In this document: positions 30,150-40,320 of the stretch, piece after piece
How positions within the stretch are numbered: position 1 is the stretch's first letter
How the letters are laid out: each line of letters starts with the position of its first letter
DNA from: Alphaproteobacteria bacterium
Lineage (GTDB): Bacteria > Pseudomonadota > Alphaproteobacteria > UBA7887
Length of the DNA stretch: 64,000 bases
Reading direction: 5' to 3'
Assembly: GCA_965216755.1 (NCBI GenBank)
Contig: CBDCGL010000011.1
Span: 128,001 to 192,000 of the forward strand
Position numbers and translations under genes: made by a program
Notes under the pieces: generated by a model
What the model was told of the DNA's origin: nothing
Seen by the model: only the letters and a program-made list of their open reading frames with translations
Database searches by the model: none

Positions 30150-30661
30150 GTGCGGTTTTGGTTCGGTATCTCAAACGCGAACGCAGCGCCGCCCGGCTCG
30201 CAGCCGTTCAAGGTCTCTATCAGATTGAGTTTACCGGCCGCTCACCCGAAACCGTTCTTGCCGAGGCGACACGGCATCGATTGGTACCGATGACCGAGGA
30301 TGAGAAATATGTCGAACCCGACGAAGCGTTGTTTCGCGACATCGTTGGCGGTGTCGCCGAAGAACGCGAGGCGCTGAGCGAGATTGTCGCCGAAACCCTC
30401 GTCGAGGGTTGGGCGATCGCGCGGCTCGACCCAACCTTGCGCGCGTTGTTGCTCGCAGGTGCGTATGAATTGCGCAAGCATCGCGATGTCCCCGCGCGTG
30501 TAACCATTGATGAATATGTCAGTTTGGCGCACGGCTTCTTCTCAAATGTCGAGTCCGGTTTTGTTAACGGCGTTCTCGATCGGCTTGCTCATAGGTTGCG
30601 CGCGGACGAAATGTCTGCAGCCGATCAATTAGGGCCCAATCCAGAACGATCTGATGGCTAA
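30146..30661 (+). CDS. nusB: Transcription antitermination factor NusB
   Basis: RSAARLAAVQGLYQ, IDEYV, FVNGVLD. Confidence 0.95.
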   Translation: MSAVLVRYLKRERSAARLAAVQGLYQIEFTGRSPETVLAEATRHRLVPMTEDEKYVEPDEALFRDIVGGVAEEREALSEIVAETLVEGWAIARLDPTLRALLLAGAYELRKHRDVPARVTIDEYVSLAHGFFSNVESGFVNGVLDRLAHRLRADEMSAADQLGPNPERSDG

Positions 30662-31637
30662 GCGACGTGGCGAGTTCGCGCTAATTGAAGAATTGCTTGC
30701 GCCGTTGGCGGCTGGGCACCTCGGTGCGTTCGGACTCAAAGACGATGCTGCGACGCTGCGTGTGCCGGATGGTCAAGAGCTTGTGGTCACCGCCGACATG
30801 ACTGTCGCAGGTGTTCATTTCGCGATGGTCGACGCGCCAGCCGATATCGCGTCCAAGACGTTAAGGGTCAATTTGAGCGACCTGGCGGCCATGGGAGCCA
30901 CGCCGCGCGGATACTTGATGACCATTGCCCGGCCATCGTCATGCAACGATCAATGGATGGCAGAATTTGCGGTTGGCCTGAAGTCGGATCAAGATGCGTT
31001 CGGGTTGTCGCTGATCGGTGGCGATACGGTTGCCACAGCCGGCCCCTTGACGTTGTCTGTCACGGCGTTGGGAACAGTGGCGATTGGCTCGGCCCTGCGA
31101 CGCAATGGGGCGCGGCCAGGTGATGACTTGTACGTATCGGGTACGATCGGCGATGCAGCGCTTGCGTTGGCAATATCGGAGGCTGTTGGTCAGCGGCTCG
31201 GTACATCAAAGGCTGATTTTTTGCGTCAACGCTTGGTTCGGCCGACGCCGCGGATCTCTTTGGGGCGGGGGCTTGTTGGTGTCGCCTCGTCGGCGATTGA
31301 CATTTCCGACGGTCTGGTGGCCGATTTGCAGCACATTTGCGATGTATCGCATGTCGGTGCGGACGTTCGCGTCGACGAGATTCCGTTATCCGAGCCGACC
31401 GACGAAGCACTGCTGATTGAGCCCGATTTGATCGATCATGTGCTCGCCGGCGGCGATGATTATGAGCTGTTATTTACCGCCGCACCGTCTTTGTCCAATC
31501 GTGTCACGCAAGCCGCGCACATCGCCAAAGTCAGCTTGGCCAAGATTGGGACAATCACCGAGTCGACCGCGATCGTCCTTCGGCGCGCGGACGGTCTTGT
31601 CCACAGGCTCGGTCGGACCGGTTATACGCACTTCTGA
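30654..31637 (+). CDS. thiL: Thiamine-monophosphate kinase
   Basis: GEF, DDAA, NLSDLAAMGA, GGDT, DISDGL, GGDDYELLF. Confidence 0.96.
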   Translation: MAKRRGEFALIEELLAPLAAGHLGAFGLKDDAATLRVPDGQELVVTADMTVAGVHFAMVDAPADIASKTLRVNLSDLAAMGATPRGYLMTIARPSSCNDQWMAEFAVGLKSDQDAFGLSLIGGDTVATAGPLTLSVTALGTVAIGSALRRNGARPGDDLYVSGTIGDAALALAISEAVGQRLGTSKADFLRQRLVRPTPRISLGRGLVGVASSAIDISDGLVADLQHICDVSHVGADVRVDEIPLSEPTDEALLIEPDLIDHVLAGGDDYELLFTAAPSLSNRVTQAAHIAKVSLAKIGTITESTAIVLRRADGLVHRLGRTGYTHF

Positions 31638-31806
31638 AGGTAAGCGCGGGCGCCTGTCGGTACCTGTCTTTTTTTGACTAGTTGCTTTCTTGAAGACCGT
31701 CTGGCATGTTCCCGGCCGTCTCACGGTTATCGCCCAGCCCTCCGTATCCCGGTGGCGTCGCTCGCCAGGGCGGAGTGTTTCGTTGTTGGCAAAGGGTCAT
31801 TAATCC

Positions 31807-33882
31807 ATGTCGATAGCTCTTAGTTTTGCGCTGCTTTGCGGCGTCATTGCCATTGCATATGGCATCTTTACAACATTCCAAGTACTTGCGGCAGATGCCG
31901 GCAGCGATCGCATGCGCGAGATTGCGGGCGCGGTTCAAGAGGGCGCACGAGCCTATTTGAACCGCCAATATCTGGCTATCGCCATCGTTGGCATTGTCGT
32001 CGCCATAGCCCTGTGGCTTTTGCTTGATTGGCGTGTTGCGGTTGGCTTTTTGATTGGTGCTGTGTTGTCCGGAGCCGCGGGCTATATCGGCATGAATGTT
32101 TCGGTTCGCGCCAATGTGCGCACCGCCGAAGCCGCGCGCACCAGCCTAGACGGCGCGCTTAGCATCGCGTTCCGTTCAGGCGCCGTCACCGGCTTCTTGG
32201 TTGTTGGTTTAGGGCTTTTGGGTGTCGCGTTGTATTACGCGTACCTCACCACGGCGGGCGTCGAACAAAGAAAAGTATTGGAAGCTCTTGTCGCGTTAAG
32301 TTTTGGTGCCTCACTGATTTCGATCTTTGCGCGCTTGGGCGGTGGCATCTTTACCAAAGGTGCCGACGTCGGCGCCGATCTGGTGGGAAAGATTGAAGCG
32401 GGTATACCTGAGGACGATCCGCGCAACGCGGCGGTCATTGCTGACAATGTCGGCGACAATGTTGGTGACTGCGCGGGCATGGCTGCCGACCTGTTCGAAA
32501 CGTATGCCGTAACCGTCGTCGCGACCATGCTTCTGGCAGGGATCTTCTTTGTCGGTGAAACACAAAAGGCGCTGATGGAGTACCCGTTGATGATCGGTGG
32601 CGTCTGTATCATCGGATCGGTAATCAGCACGTTCTTTGTGCGGCTGGGCAGCAGCGGCAGCATTATGGGCGCGCTATATAAGGGCTTGATTGCCGCGGCG
32701 GTCATTTCGGGGGTGCTGATTGCCATCGGAACATCGTTGATGGTTGGGCTCGATACGGTCCACGAGATGGGGGATCGGATGGTGACCGGCTGGCAGCTGC
32801 TCATTTGTGCCGTGGTTGGTCTCGGTGTGACGGCATTGCTGGTGTGGATCACTGAGTACTACACGTCAACCGAGTATCGCCCCGTGCGAAGTGTCGCCCA
32901 GTCTTCTGAGACCGGTCATGCGACGAACATCATCCAGGGCCTTGCGGTCTCCATGGAGGCGACGGTATTGCCGGTCATCGTCATTTCGGCCGGCATCATT
33001 ATCGCGTTTTATGCGGCGGGATTGTTTGGTTTGGCCGTCGCGGCCACGACGATGCTGGCGCTAGCAGGCATGGTCGTTGCTTTGGATGCCTATGGCCCGG
33101 TGACGGACAACGCCGGTGGGATAGCCGAAATGGCTGACCTTCCAGAAGACGTCCGCAAGACGACCGACGCCCTGGATGCTGTCGGCAACACAACAAAGGC
33201 GGTGACAAAGGGATACGCGATCGGATCTGCGGGTCTGGCAGCGCTGGTGCTATTTGCAGCCTATACCGAAGATTTGCATCACTATTTTCCGGATCAGGTG
33301 TTCGAATTTAGGTTGCAGGATCCGTTTGTCGTCATTGGCCTATTCATTGGTGGGTTGATGCCATATTTGTTCGGCGCGCTTGCCATGATGGCCGTGGGCC
33401 GGGCCGGCGGTGCTGTGGTGGTCGAGGTTCGCCGGCAATTTCGAGAGATCAAAGGGATCATGGAGGGGACGGCCCGCCCGGAATATGGCCGCGCGGTCGA
33501 CTTGCTCACTCGCTCGGCGATCAAAGAGATGATCATACCGTCGATGCTTCCTGTGTTCGCGCCGGTCGTACTTTATTTCGTCGTTCGCATGATCGGTGGA
33601 CACACCGCGGCCGCGACATCGCTTGGCGCTATGTTGCTCGGCACCATTGTCACCGGTATTTTCGTTGCAATTTCAATGACTTCTGGAGGTGGTGCGTGGG
33701 ATAACGCGAAGAAGTACATTGAAGACGGCAATCATGGGGGCAAGGGGTCGGAGAGCCACAAGGCCGCCGTGACCGGCGATACTGTTGGCGATCCTTACAA
33801 AGATACAGCTGGCCCCGCCATCAATCCGATGATCAAGATTACCAACATCGTGGCCTTGTTGCTTCTCGCCGTTCTCGCATAA
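31807..33882 (+). CDS. hppA: Membrane H+-translocating pyrophosphatase, K+-independent type
   Basis: [36 protein letters not shown]. Confidence 0.96.
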   Translation: MSIALSFALLCGVIAIAYGIFTTFQVLAADAGSDRMREIAGAVQEGARAYLNRQYLAIAIVGIVVAIALWLLLDWRVAVGFLIGAVLSGAAGYIGMNVSVRANVRTAEAARTSLDGALSIAFRSGAVTGFLVVGLGLLGVALYYAYLTTAGVEQRKVLEALVALSFGASLISIFARLGGGIFTKGADVGADLVGKIEAGIPEDDPRNAAVIADNVGDNVGDCAGMAADLFETYAVTVVATMLLAGIFFVGETQKALMEYPLMIGGVCIIGSVISTFFVRLGSSGSIMGALYKGLIAAAVISGVLIAIGTSLMVGLDTVHEMGDRMVTGWQLLICAVVGLGVTALLVWITEYYTSTEYRPVRSVAQSSETGHATNIIQGLAVSMEATVLPVIVISAGIIIAFYAAGLFGLAVAATTMLALAGMVVALDAYGPVTDNAGGIAEMADLPEDVRKTTDALDAVGNTTKAVTKGYAIGSAGLAALVLFAAYTEDLHHYFPDQVFEFRLQDPFVVIGLFIGGLMPYLFGALAMMAVGRAGGAVVVEVRRQFREIKGIMEGTARPEYGRAVDLLTRSAIKEMIIPSMLPVFAPVVLYFVVRMIGGHTAAATSLGAMLLGTIVTGIFVAISMTSGGGAWDNAKKYIEDGNHGGKGSESHKAAVTGDTVGDPYKDTAGPAINPMIKITNIVALLLLAVLA

Positions 33883-33904
33883 ACCCGATTATCCCGGGCA
33901 ACGG

Positions 33905-33957
33905 TCATTCCCGGACGGTGCCGTAACTCATTCGGGTGTCACGGCTCGGTCCGGGAT
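33905..33957. terminator. GC-rich hairpin (REP-like or bidirectional terminator) between convergent hppA and bamE
   Basis: TCCCGGAC..GCCGT..ACGGC..GTCCGGGA stem preceded by GTCAT. Confidence 0.4.
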
Positions 33958-34021
33958 TGAGCAGACTGATGCGCTTGCCGATCATATAAAATCTACATGG
34001 TCGGAAGGTCCGCTAGATCAT

Positions 34022-34525
34022 CTATTTCGAGAAACGACCGACGTTTCCAAAGAGCTGTTGAATGATCGACAGCTCTTTGCCGGCGGTTGGTGTTTTTCGG
34101 TCGATTGGATCGACCCACAAACCATCCTCTAACGTGTAAGTGCTGACGTCCGCGACGATGTTTGAAGTGTCAAACGATATTGCCAAGACGCGCTGCTCAA
34201 TGATCTCCGGTTTGAAAAATGCCAAGTTTTCAGTTCGCTGTGTCACGTAATACCAAGTTTGGTCGTCAAATGTGCTCACCGCCGAAGGCGTGCCCAGGAT
34301 CTCTCGGATCTCATTCTTGTCCTGTGCGCCGGCTTCAACTTGCGATAACAGACCTGGATTGGGCATAAAGCCATGGGTATCGATCCGCGCGGCACAGGCG
34401 GTCAACGCCAGCGCTGCACAAATCGCCACCGCGGAGACGCGCAATTGAGATATCGGCCACGCGCTCGCGCTATTGGGTGAGATCACAGGAATATCCTCTC
34501 GAAACATGCTCGATTTAATGCGCAA
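34022..34525 (-). CDS. bamE: Outer-membrane assembly lipoprotein BamE (start may be later)
   Basis: Lipobox LTAC; LGTPS, WYYV, QQLFGNVGRF. Confidence 0.9.
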   Translation of the reverse strand: MRIKSSMFREDIPVISPNSASAWPISQLRVSAVAICAALALTACAARIDTHGFMPNPGLLSQVEAGAQDKNEIREILGTPSAVSTFDDQTWYYVTQRTENLAFFKPEIIEQRVLAISFDTSNIVADVSTYTLEDGLWVDPIDRKTPTAGKELSIIQQLFGNVGRFSK

Positions 34526-34570
34526 ATATGCACCCTATATCCCCAATATGGGTGCCCTTGGCAAGTCCGG

Positions 34571-35200
34571 ATGACAGTCCGGCCTAGGCCACTCTGGAGG
34601 CGCGTCGCGAAGTTGGGCCAGGCAACCCAACTCAATAGTGCGGCGCCCGCAGTTCCGCTCAAACGCAAGGCTGACGTTCTTTATTGCGAGGCTGTACGCC
34701 AAGCGCGATCAGAGGTTTTCTATCAAGCCGGCTACGTACCCGACACGGTCGACGGTCGCTTTGATATGATTGTCTTGCATGTTTTCTTGATTCTGTGGCG
34801 TTTACGCGGCGCAGCCGAGGATGGACCAGAGCTCGGTCAAGCCGTCTTCGATGTCATGTTTGACGACATGGATCGTAGTCTGCGCGAAATGGGTGTTGGC
34901 GACCTTGGCGTTGGCCGTCGGGTCAAGACCATGGCACAGGGTTTCTTTGGGCGCGTCGAGGCATACGACAGCGCGCTTGCGGACAACGACATCGTGCGAT
35001 TGCAGGCTGCATTAGGACGCAACCTCTACCGCGGTGCGAATGTGCCCGAGCATGCTGTGGCGGACCTTGCGGCTTATGCCATGAATGCCGCCCGATTTTT
35101 GTCAGAGATGCCCGACTCGACCCTGTTCGCGGCGCAAATCGGGTGGCCCGATCCCCGCTTTACGGGTGCGACAAATTCAAAGCGTGATTCCCACGCATGA
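34571..35200 (+). CDS. Ubiquinol-cytochrome c chaperone (Cbp3-like)
   Basis: VPDTVDGRFDMIVLH, DMDRSLREMGVGDLGV. Confidence 0.9.
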   Translation: MTVRPRPLWRRVAKLGQATQLNSAAPAVPLKRKADVLYCEAVRQARSEVFYQAGYVPDTVDGRFDMIVLHVFLILWRLRGAAEDGPELGQAVFDVMFDDMDRSLREMGVGDLGVGRRVKTMAQGFFGRVEAYDSALADNDIVRLQAALGRNLYRGANVPEHAVADLAAYAMNAARFLSEMPDSTLFAAQIGWPDPRFTGATNSKRDSHA

Positions 35201-35745
35201 ACCCTGACCAACCTTTCAGTTACCAGGTCGATGTGCGGAGTTTGCCAACCGGCGGAATGACTGTTGATCTGAAAGCCGATTTCGAGACACTGTGCCGTTT
35301 GGCCAAAATGTTGGGGGTTTCTAATCTCAAGGATCTCCACGCCCACGCCACGATCAAGCGCGTTATGCCCACCCAGATGGAGCGCTATCGGGTCCATGGC
35401 CACTTTCAGGCAACGGTCGAACAACCTTGCGTCGTCACGCTGGAACCCGTCGTTCAAGAAATTCGCGAGTACTTCTCGGTTGATTTCGAAAGGGAGTCGG
35501 TGACAGAGCCGGCGGTGGAATTTTCAGTCGACCAGTATGATCCGCCCGATCCAATGCTTGGCGACATGATCGATGTCGGGGCCCTCGTGGTTGAGCACCT
35601 TACCCTAGGGATCGACAGATATCCTCGTATCGCTGGGGCCGAGGTAGAGCCCGACGTCGGTCCGCCCGATGACTTGGACGAGGGACCGTTCGCCATATTA
35701 AAGTCACTGGAAAATAAGAAGAATCGTTGTGATGGTGCACCTTGA
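35197..35745 (+). CDS. YceD/DUF177 family protein
   Basis: QPCVVTLEPV, IDVG..EHLTLGIDRYPR, GPFAILKSL; upstream of rpmF. Confidence 0.9.
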   Translation: MNPDQPFSYQVDVRSLPTGGMTVDLKADFETLCRLAKMLGVSNLKDLHAHATIKRVMPTQMERYRVHGHFQATVEQPCVVTLEPVVQEIREYFSVDFERESVTEPAVEFSVDQYDPPDPMLGDMIDVGALVVEHLTLGIDRYPRIAGAEVEPDVGPPDDLDEGPFAILKSLENKKNRCDGAP

Positions 35746-35843
35746 TCACGCCAAGATTTCCGGCCGACTTGTGGGCCCCCTTGCTTCGGTGGGAATAATT
35801 CATTACTAACGGCAGCCGCGCTGCCGAGGACGAGGAGCATCTC

Positions 35844-36026
35844 ATGGCCGTTCCAAAGAAAAAAGTGACGCGCGCGCGACGCGATAAGCGTCGATCACAC
35901 CACCGTTTGCGCTTGGTTGGCATGGTTGAATGCCAGAGTTGCGGCGAGCCAAAACTTCCGCATCACATTTGTGCGCATTGTGGCCAATATAATGGACGCG
36001 AGGTGGTCGAGGACGCCGGAAGCTAG
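35844..36026 (+). CDS. rpmF: 50S ribosomal protein L32
   Basis: MAVPKKK, CQSCG..PHHIC..CG.YNGR. Confidence 0.97.
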   Translation: MAVPKKKVTRARRDKRRSHHRLRLVGMVECQSCGEPKLPHHICAHCGQYNGREVVEDAGS

Positions 36027-36168
36027 GGCACGATGCTCATCGGCACTCGCGTGTCATGCTCGGCCCCTATTCGCCGTGATCAACAAGGGCCCAGTCTGTT
36101 GATCATGTTGGGGCAGAAACCGATCACAAGGTGACACGTGCCGACGGCGCCCGGACTGTTGCGCAGCC

Positions 36169-37221
36169 ATGCGTGACCCCTTAACCATTGCCGTCGACGC
36201 CATGGGTGGCGATCAGGCGCCGCGGGCGGTCGTCGCGGGCGCAAATCAGGCACGCAAGCGCCACCCTGATTGCCGGTTCAATTTCTTTGGCGACGAAACT
36301 CAGGTTGGACCCCTGATCAATCGGTTTCCGGACTTGGCCGCGGTCGCCGAGATTATCCATACCGACGATCATGTGGCGGCGGATGATAAACCGTCTTTTG
36401 CGCTCAGGCGTCGGCCGCGCAGCAGTATGCGCGTCGCCATTGACGCGGTCGCCGACGGTCGTGCGGCGGCGATGGTTTCCGCCGGCAATACGGGCGCCTT
36501 GATGGCAATTTCGAAAGTCGTCCTGAAGACTTTGCCCGGGATTGGTCGTCCGGCCATTGCCGGCTTGATGCCGACGCGACGTGGCGAGTGCGTATTTCTT
36601 GATTTGGGTGCCAATCTGGAATGCAGCACGGACAATCTGGTCGATTTTGCGATCATGGGCGCCCTTTTTGGGCGAACCATGCTCGGAATTGAGCGTCCGC
36701 GCGTTGGGCTCCTCAATGTCGGCGAAGAAGATCTCAAGGGCCATGAGGAGATCCGCGAAGCGGGCGCCATACTTCGCGACACGCCGCTACCTTTTGAGTT
36801 CCATGGTTTTGTCGAAGGCGGCGACCTGCTTGATGGTACGACCGACGTCGTCGTGACCGACGGTTTCACGGGCAATGTCGCATTGAAGACGGCGGAGGGC
36901 GTTTCCAAGCTCTATTCGGAGTTCTTGCGGCGTGCACTGCGTGAAACGTTGTTTGGACGAATCGGGTTCTTTTTTGCGCGATCCGCGTTTCGCTCTCTGC
37001 GCGAACGTGTCGATCCACGTCGCCACAACGGTGCGCTGTTCGTTGGTTTGAATGGTATTGTTGTCAAAAGTCACGGTGGGACAGACGCTTTGGGGTTTGC
37101 CAATGCGATTGATGTGGCAATTGAAAGTATCAACGAAGATTTTAACAGTAAGATCATAGATGAACTCAAAAAACTCGATCGAGATGGTCAGCAGAGACGG
37201 CGAAACTCCATTGAGATGTAG
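36169..37221 (+). CDS. plsX: Phosphate acyltransferase PlsX
   Basis: AVDAMGGD, SAGNTGA, DGFTGNVALK, VKSHG. Confidence 0.97.
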   Translation: MRDPLTIAVDAMGGDQAPRAVVAGANQARKRHPDCRFNFFGDETQVGPLINRFPDLAAVAEIIHTDDHVAADDKPSFALRRRPRSSMRVAIDAVADGRAAAMVSAGNTGALMAISKVVLKTLPGIGRPAIAGLMPTRRGECVFLDLGANLECSTDNLVDFAIMGALFGRTMLGIERPRVGLLNVGEEDLKGHEEIREAGAILRDTPLPFEFHGFVEGGDLLDGTTDVVVTDGFTGNVALKTAEGVSKLYSEFLRRALRETLFGRIGFFFARSAFRSLRERVDPRRHNGALFVGLNGIVVKSHGGTDALGFANAIDVAIESINEDFNSKIIDELKKLDRDGQQRRRNSIEM

Positions 37222-37311
37222 CGATTTACTTGGAAATTCATGCGCCATGACCATATTTTCTTCGGATTTGTCTAGCCGCCTTCACCAGTGATCAATGTCA
37301 TCCCTTTGATA

Positions 37312-37340
37312 TTGACGGAATTTCTGGCCGACGTTACAGT
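37312..37340 (+). promoter_or_regulatory. Putative sigma70 promoter of ihfA (TTGACG-N17-TACAGT)
   Basis: Near-consensus -35 and -10 hexamers at 17-bp spacing. Confidence 0.55.
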
Positions 37341-37365
37341 TTTTTTCTGAACGGGCGGAGAGGGT

Positions 37366-37701
37366 GTGACCATGGTGAGGCGAACAGTGACCCGCGCCCA
37401 GCTGACTGAAGCGGTTTATCAGGAAGTTGGATTGTCGCGGGATGAATCGGCGCACCTGGTGGCGTCGGTTCTAAACAAGATCTCCGATAGCTTGTCGCAC
37501 GGGGATCCGGTGAAGATCTCGTCGTTCGGCAGTTTTTCCGTGCGGCAGAAAGCGCAACGGATTGGGCGGAATCCCAAGACTGGTGAAGAAGTGCCGATAT
37601 TGCCCCGTCGCGTGGTTGTTTTTCGAGCCTCTCACGTGTTGAAAGACCGAGTTAATGCAGCGATGTCGGAAAGTGGATCGGATTTCGATTTCGATGAGTG
37701 A
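37366..37701 (+). CDS. ihfA: Integration host factor alpha
   Basis: [32 protein letters not shown]. Confidence 0.96.
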   Translation: MTMVRRTVTRAQLTEAVYQEVGLSRDESAHLVASVLNKISDSLSHGDPVKISSFGSFSVRQKAQRIGRNPKTGEEVPILPRRVVVFRASHVLKDRVNAAMSESGSDFDFDE

Positions 37702-37751
37702 TTGCGCAGAACGAGAATGCGACCGCCGTGGTGTAAAACCGGCCGATTTCC

Positions 37752-38303
37752 ATGAGTGATCCCGACGGGAATCTGCAACCGGCGCGGCGCGGCGATCGGG
37801 TGCGCAAATCGGCGTCGGCGTTTCGCACAATTAGTGAAGTTAGCGACGAACTCGATGTGCCGCAGCATGTCCTGCGATTCTGGGAAACAAAATTTTCACA
37901 GATCCGACCAATGAAACGTGGCGGTGGTCGCCGCTACTATCGTCCGGAAGACATCACACTGCTGCGTGGCATCCGTGAGCTGCTTTACGCCGATGGCTAC
38001 ACCATCAAAGGTGTCCAAAAACTACTGCGTCAGCACGGCGTGCGACTACTGTCAGCACGCGCGCGTGGTGACATGGCATCGCCGCTGCCATCGGCGGGTA
38101 CAGCCGTCGGCATCACGCCACCGGAACCGTCTGTGCCACATGCGGAGTCGGCGACCGAACCCGCGAACATGTCGGGTGGTGGGTCAAAGTCAGCAGCCCA
38201 GCCGGCGGCCAGCGCCAGCTTAGACAAGGTGCAGCGCGACGCATTGCGCGCGGTTCTCATCGAACTGGAGGAAATGCGCGCGCTCCTCAAAGCGGCGTCA
38301 TGA
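37752..38303 (+). CDS. MerR-family regulator (ihfA-linked)
   Basis: [39 protein letters not shown]. Confidence 0.92.
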   Translation: MSDPDGNLQPARRGDRVRKSASAFRTISEVSDELDVPQHVLRFWETKFSQIRPMKRGGGRRYYRPEDITLLRGIRELLYADGYTIKGVQKLLRQHGVRLLSARARGDMASPLPSAGTAVGITPPEPSVPHAESATEPANMSGGGSKSAAQPAASASLDKVQRDALRAVLIELEEMRALLKAAS

Positions 38304-38420
38304 ATACTCTTATGACCGCACCTCCGTGTTGGGCGATGTCCTCGGTCGTGACGTCGGGCCGGCGTTGCGTCGTGCATGCCCCACCTCTATAGTCCGCGGC
38401 GGCGCACACATATCGCGCGT

Positions 38421-38498
38421 CGGAGCGTGGCGCAGCCTGGTTAGCGCACTTGTCTGGGGGACAAGGGGTCGGCGGTTCAAATCCGCCCGCTCCGACCA
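38421..38498 (+). tRNA. tRNA-Pro(GGG)
   Basis: CGGAGCG/CGCTCCG acceptor stem, CTTGT-CTGGGGG-ACAAG anticodon arm, GGTTCAAATCC, CCA. Confidence 0.97.
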
Positions 38499-38507
38499 CT
38501 TATTCTG

Positions 38508-39809
38508 GGTCCAGCCCGGAGACATAGGTAACAGTTTGTACCTAGGACATGGGTGACAACCACGCGCCGAACGGGTTGTCGAGGGGTTGCAGGGTTCTCT
38601 GTTCAAGATCGACGTAACCGAGATCATAGTGCATGAAGCTGACGAGCCAAATGGCGTCGTCAACTTCCTTGATGCCGAGCCTTTGCCCCGCGAGCACGGT
38701 TGAGACATTGATTTTTTTGCGGTGCAAGCAGATGCGGCCGCAATTGGTAACCAGGATGTCGCGATCGTGAAAGGGGTAGGCGAGCTCTGGGACGCCGGTA
38801 TAGGGCCGGGTTGAGGGTTTGTAGACCTCGTCTGGTGGTTTCATGTCCAGGGCCTGGTGGGGTCGTTCCGTGTTGAATTCGTCAACGAAGGCATCGAAGC
38901 GTGCTTGCTGCTGCAGGCTGTTCATGCCGGGCGGCCGTGTGGCTTCCTTTTTCAAAGTAAGGTGGAGGCGCTCGTGTCGGCCATTTTCTTGGGGATGGCC
39001 TGGTTTGATGCGCTCGATCTGAATGCCGAGGCGTAGCCACCAGACGGAGAGCTTGGAGAGATTGAACAAGCCGTTGGGGCTGGCGAAGGGTACGCCATTG
39101 TCCGATCTGATGGCGGCGGGCAGGCCACGTTCAGCAAACAGGCGTTCGAAGGCGGTGAGAGTGAGATCTTGCTTTGTCGACTCGAGAGCTTCGCACATCA
39201 GGACGAAGCGCGAGGCATGGTCGGTAACGGTCAAGGGGTAACAATACCGCCGGTTGCCGAGTCTGAACTCGCCTTTGAAGTCGGTGCACCACAAATCATT
39301 GGGTGCGGTGCCAGCGGACAGGGGTGTGCCTTTGGCTCTTCGGCGGGGCCGGCCTTTGCGTTTGACCAGGCCGTGCCGGTCGAGGACGGCATGAACGGTA
39401 CTTTGGGCTGGGATGCGGACATCCCCGGCCAGGCGGCGGACGAGCAGCTCACGGATCTTGCGTGCGCCCCAATGGGGTTTCTCCTTTTTGAAGCGGATGA
39501 TCAGGCTTTCGACCTGTGCCGGCAATTGGTTGGCATAGCGAACCGGCCGGCGGGAGCGGTCGCAGAGGGCTTCGAGCCCGTGCTCCTTGTAGCGATTGTA
39601 GATTTTGTAGCCTGTCTTGCGCGAGATACCGAACTGACGGCAGACATCGCTCATTGGCTCGCCCTCTAACAGGCGGGCGACAAAACGTAGACGTTCTTCC
39701 ATGACCGAACTCTCTTTCCACGGCATCAACACCTCCGGCCCCACGAATTCGGCCAAAAGTGTTACCCATGTGTCCGGTACAAAACGTCACCTATCTCTCA
39801 GGTCGGTCA
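38508..39809 (-). mobile_element. IS481-family insertion sequence directly downstream of tRNA-Pro
   Basis: About 50-bp imperfect terminal inverted repeats with internal ATAGGT(A/G)AC/ATGGGT(A/G)ACA units flanking the transposase; exact ends uncertain by a few bp. Confidence 0.88.
38542..39726 (-). CDS. IS481-family DDE transposase
   Basis: MPWKE, HTH, WCTDFKG, IRSDNG, NGRHER; GGAGG RBS; stop codon lies inside the inverted repeat. Confidence 0.95.
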   Translation of the reverse strand: MPWKESSVMEERLRFVARLLEGEPMSDVCRQFGISRKTGYKIYNRYKEHGLEALCDRSRRPVRYANQLPAQVESLIIRFKKEKPHWGARKIRELLVRRLAGDVRIPAQSTVHAVLDRHGLVKRKGRPRRRAKGTPLSAGTAPNDLWCTDFKGEFRLGNRRYCYPLTVTDHASRFVLMCEALESTKQDLTLTAFERLFAERGLPAAIRSDNGVPFASPNGLFNLSKLSVWWLRLGIQIERIKPGHPQENGRHERLHLTLKKEATRPPGMNSLQQQARFDAFVDEFNTERPHQALDMKPPDEVYKPSTRPYTGVPELAYPFHDRDILVTNCGRICLHRKKINVSTVLAGQRLGIKEVDDAIWLVSFMHYDLGYVDLEQRTLQPLDNPFGAWLSPMS

Positions 39810-40320
39810 CGAATAACTTAATTGAATTGCATACTCGATAACCCGATGGAATCCTTGAGGATAGGTGACGTATAGGTGACGAACGTCATTGTGGCTTGGT
39901 CGAGCGACTGCACATGAGCCTGTGAGGCCTGACCCCTCAATTCTTCCGCATCGCGGACGCGGGCAAGAGACTGCCGACGGGTGCCAAAGCCAATTGTGAC
40001 AGCAATTCGGGACTCTGATCCGCCGGCCCAATCACGGCTTAGGTTTTGCAGCTTATCCAAGCGCTGCAGGGCGGGAGCGACAGGCGGAGTCCGCTTTCCC
40101 ACGTTTCGTCGGCTCGACTCCCGTTAGCTGACCCAAATCGTTGGTTCCGGCTTCGCGCGTAGATGACCCAAACGCGACATTGTCGAATAGCTTGGAAGAT
40201 GGCCGTCGCTACCGCTCAAGAGCGTCTGTCACGGCACGTCAGGAGCCTGAAGCCGGAGACGGTGATGGCGCTGACCTAAGAGCGCGGCCATTAGAAATTG
40301 TCACGGGTAATTCGTTTCGC

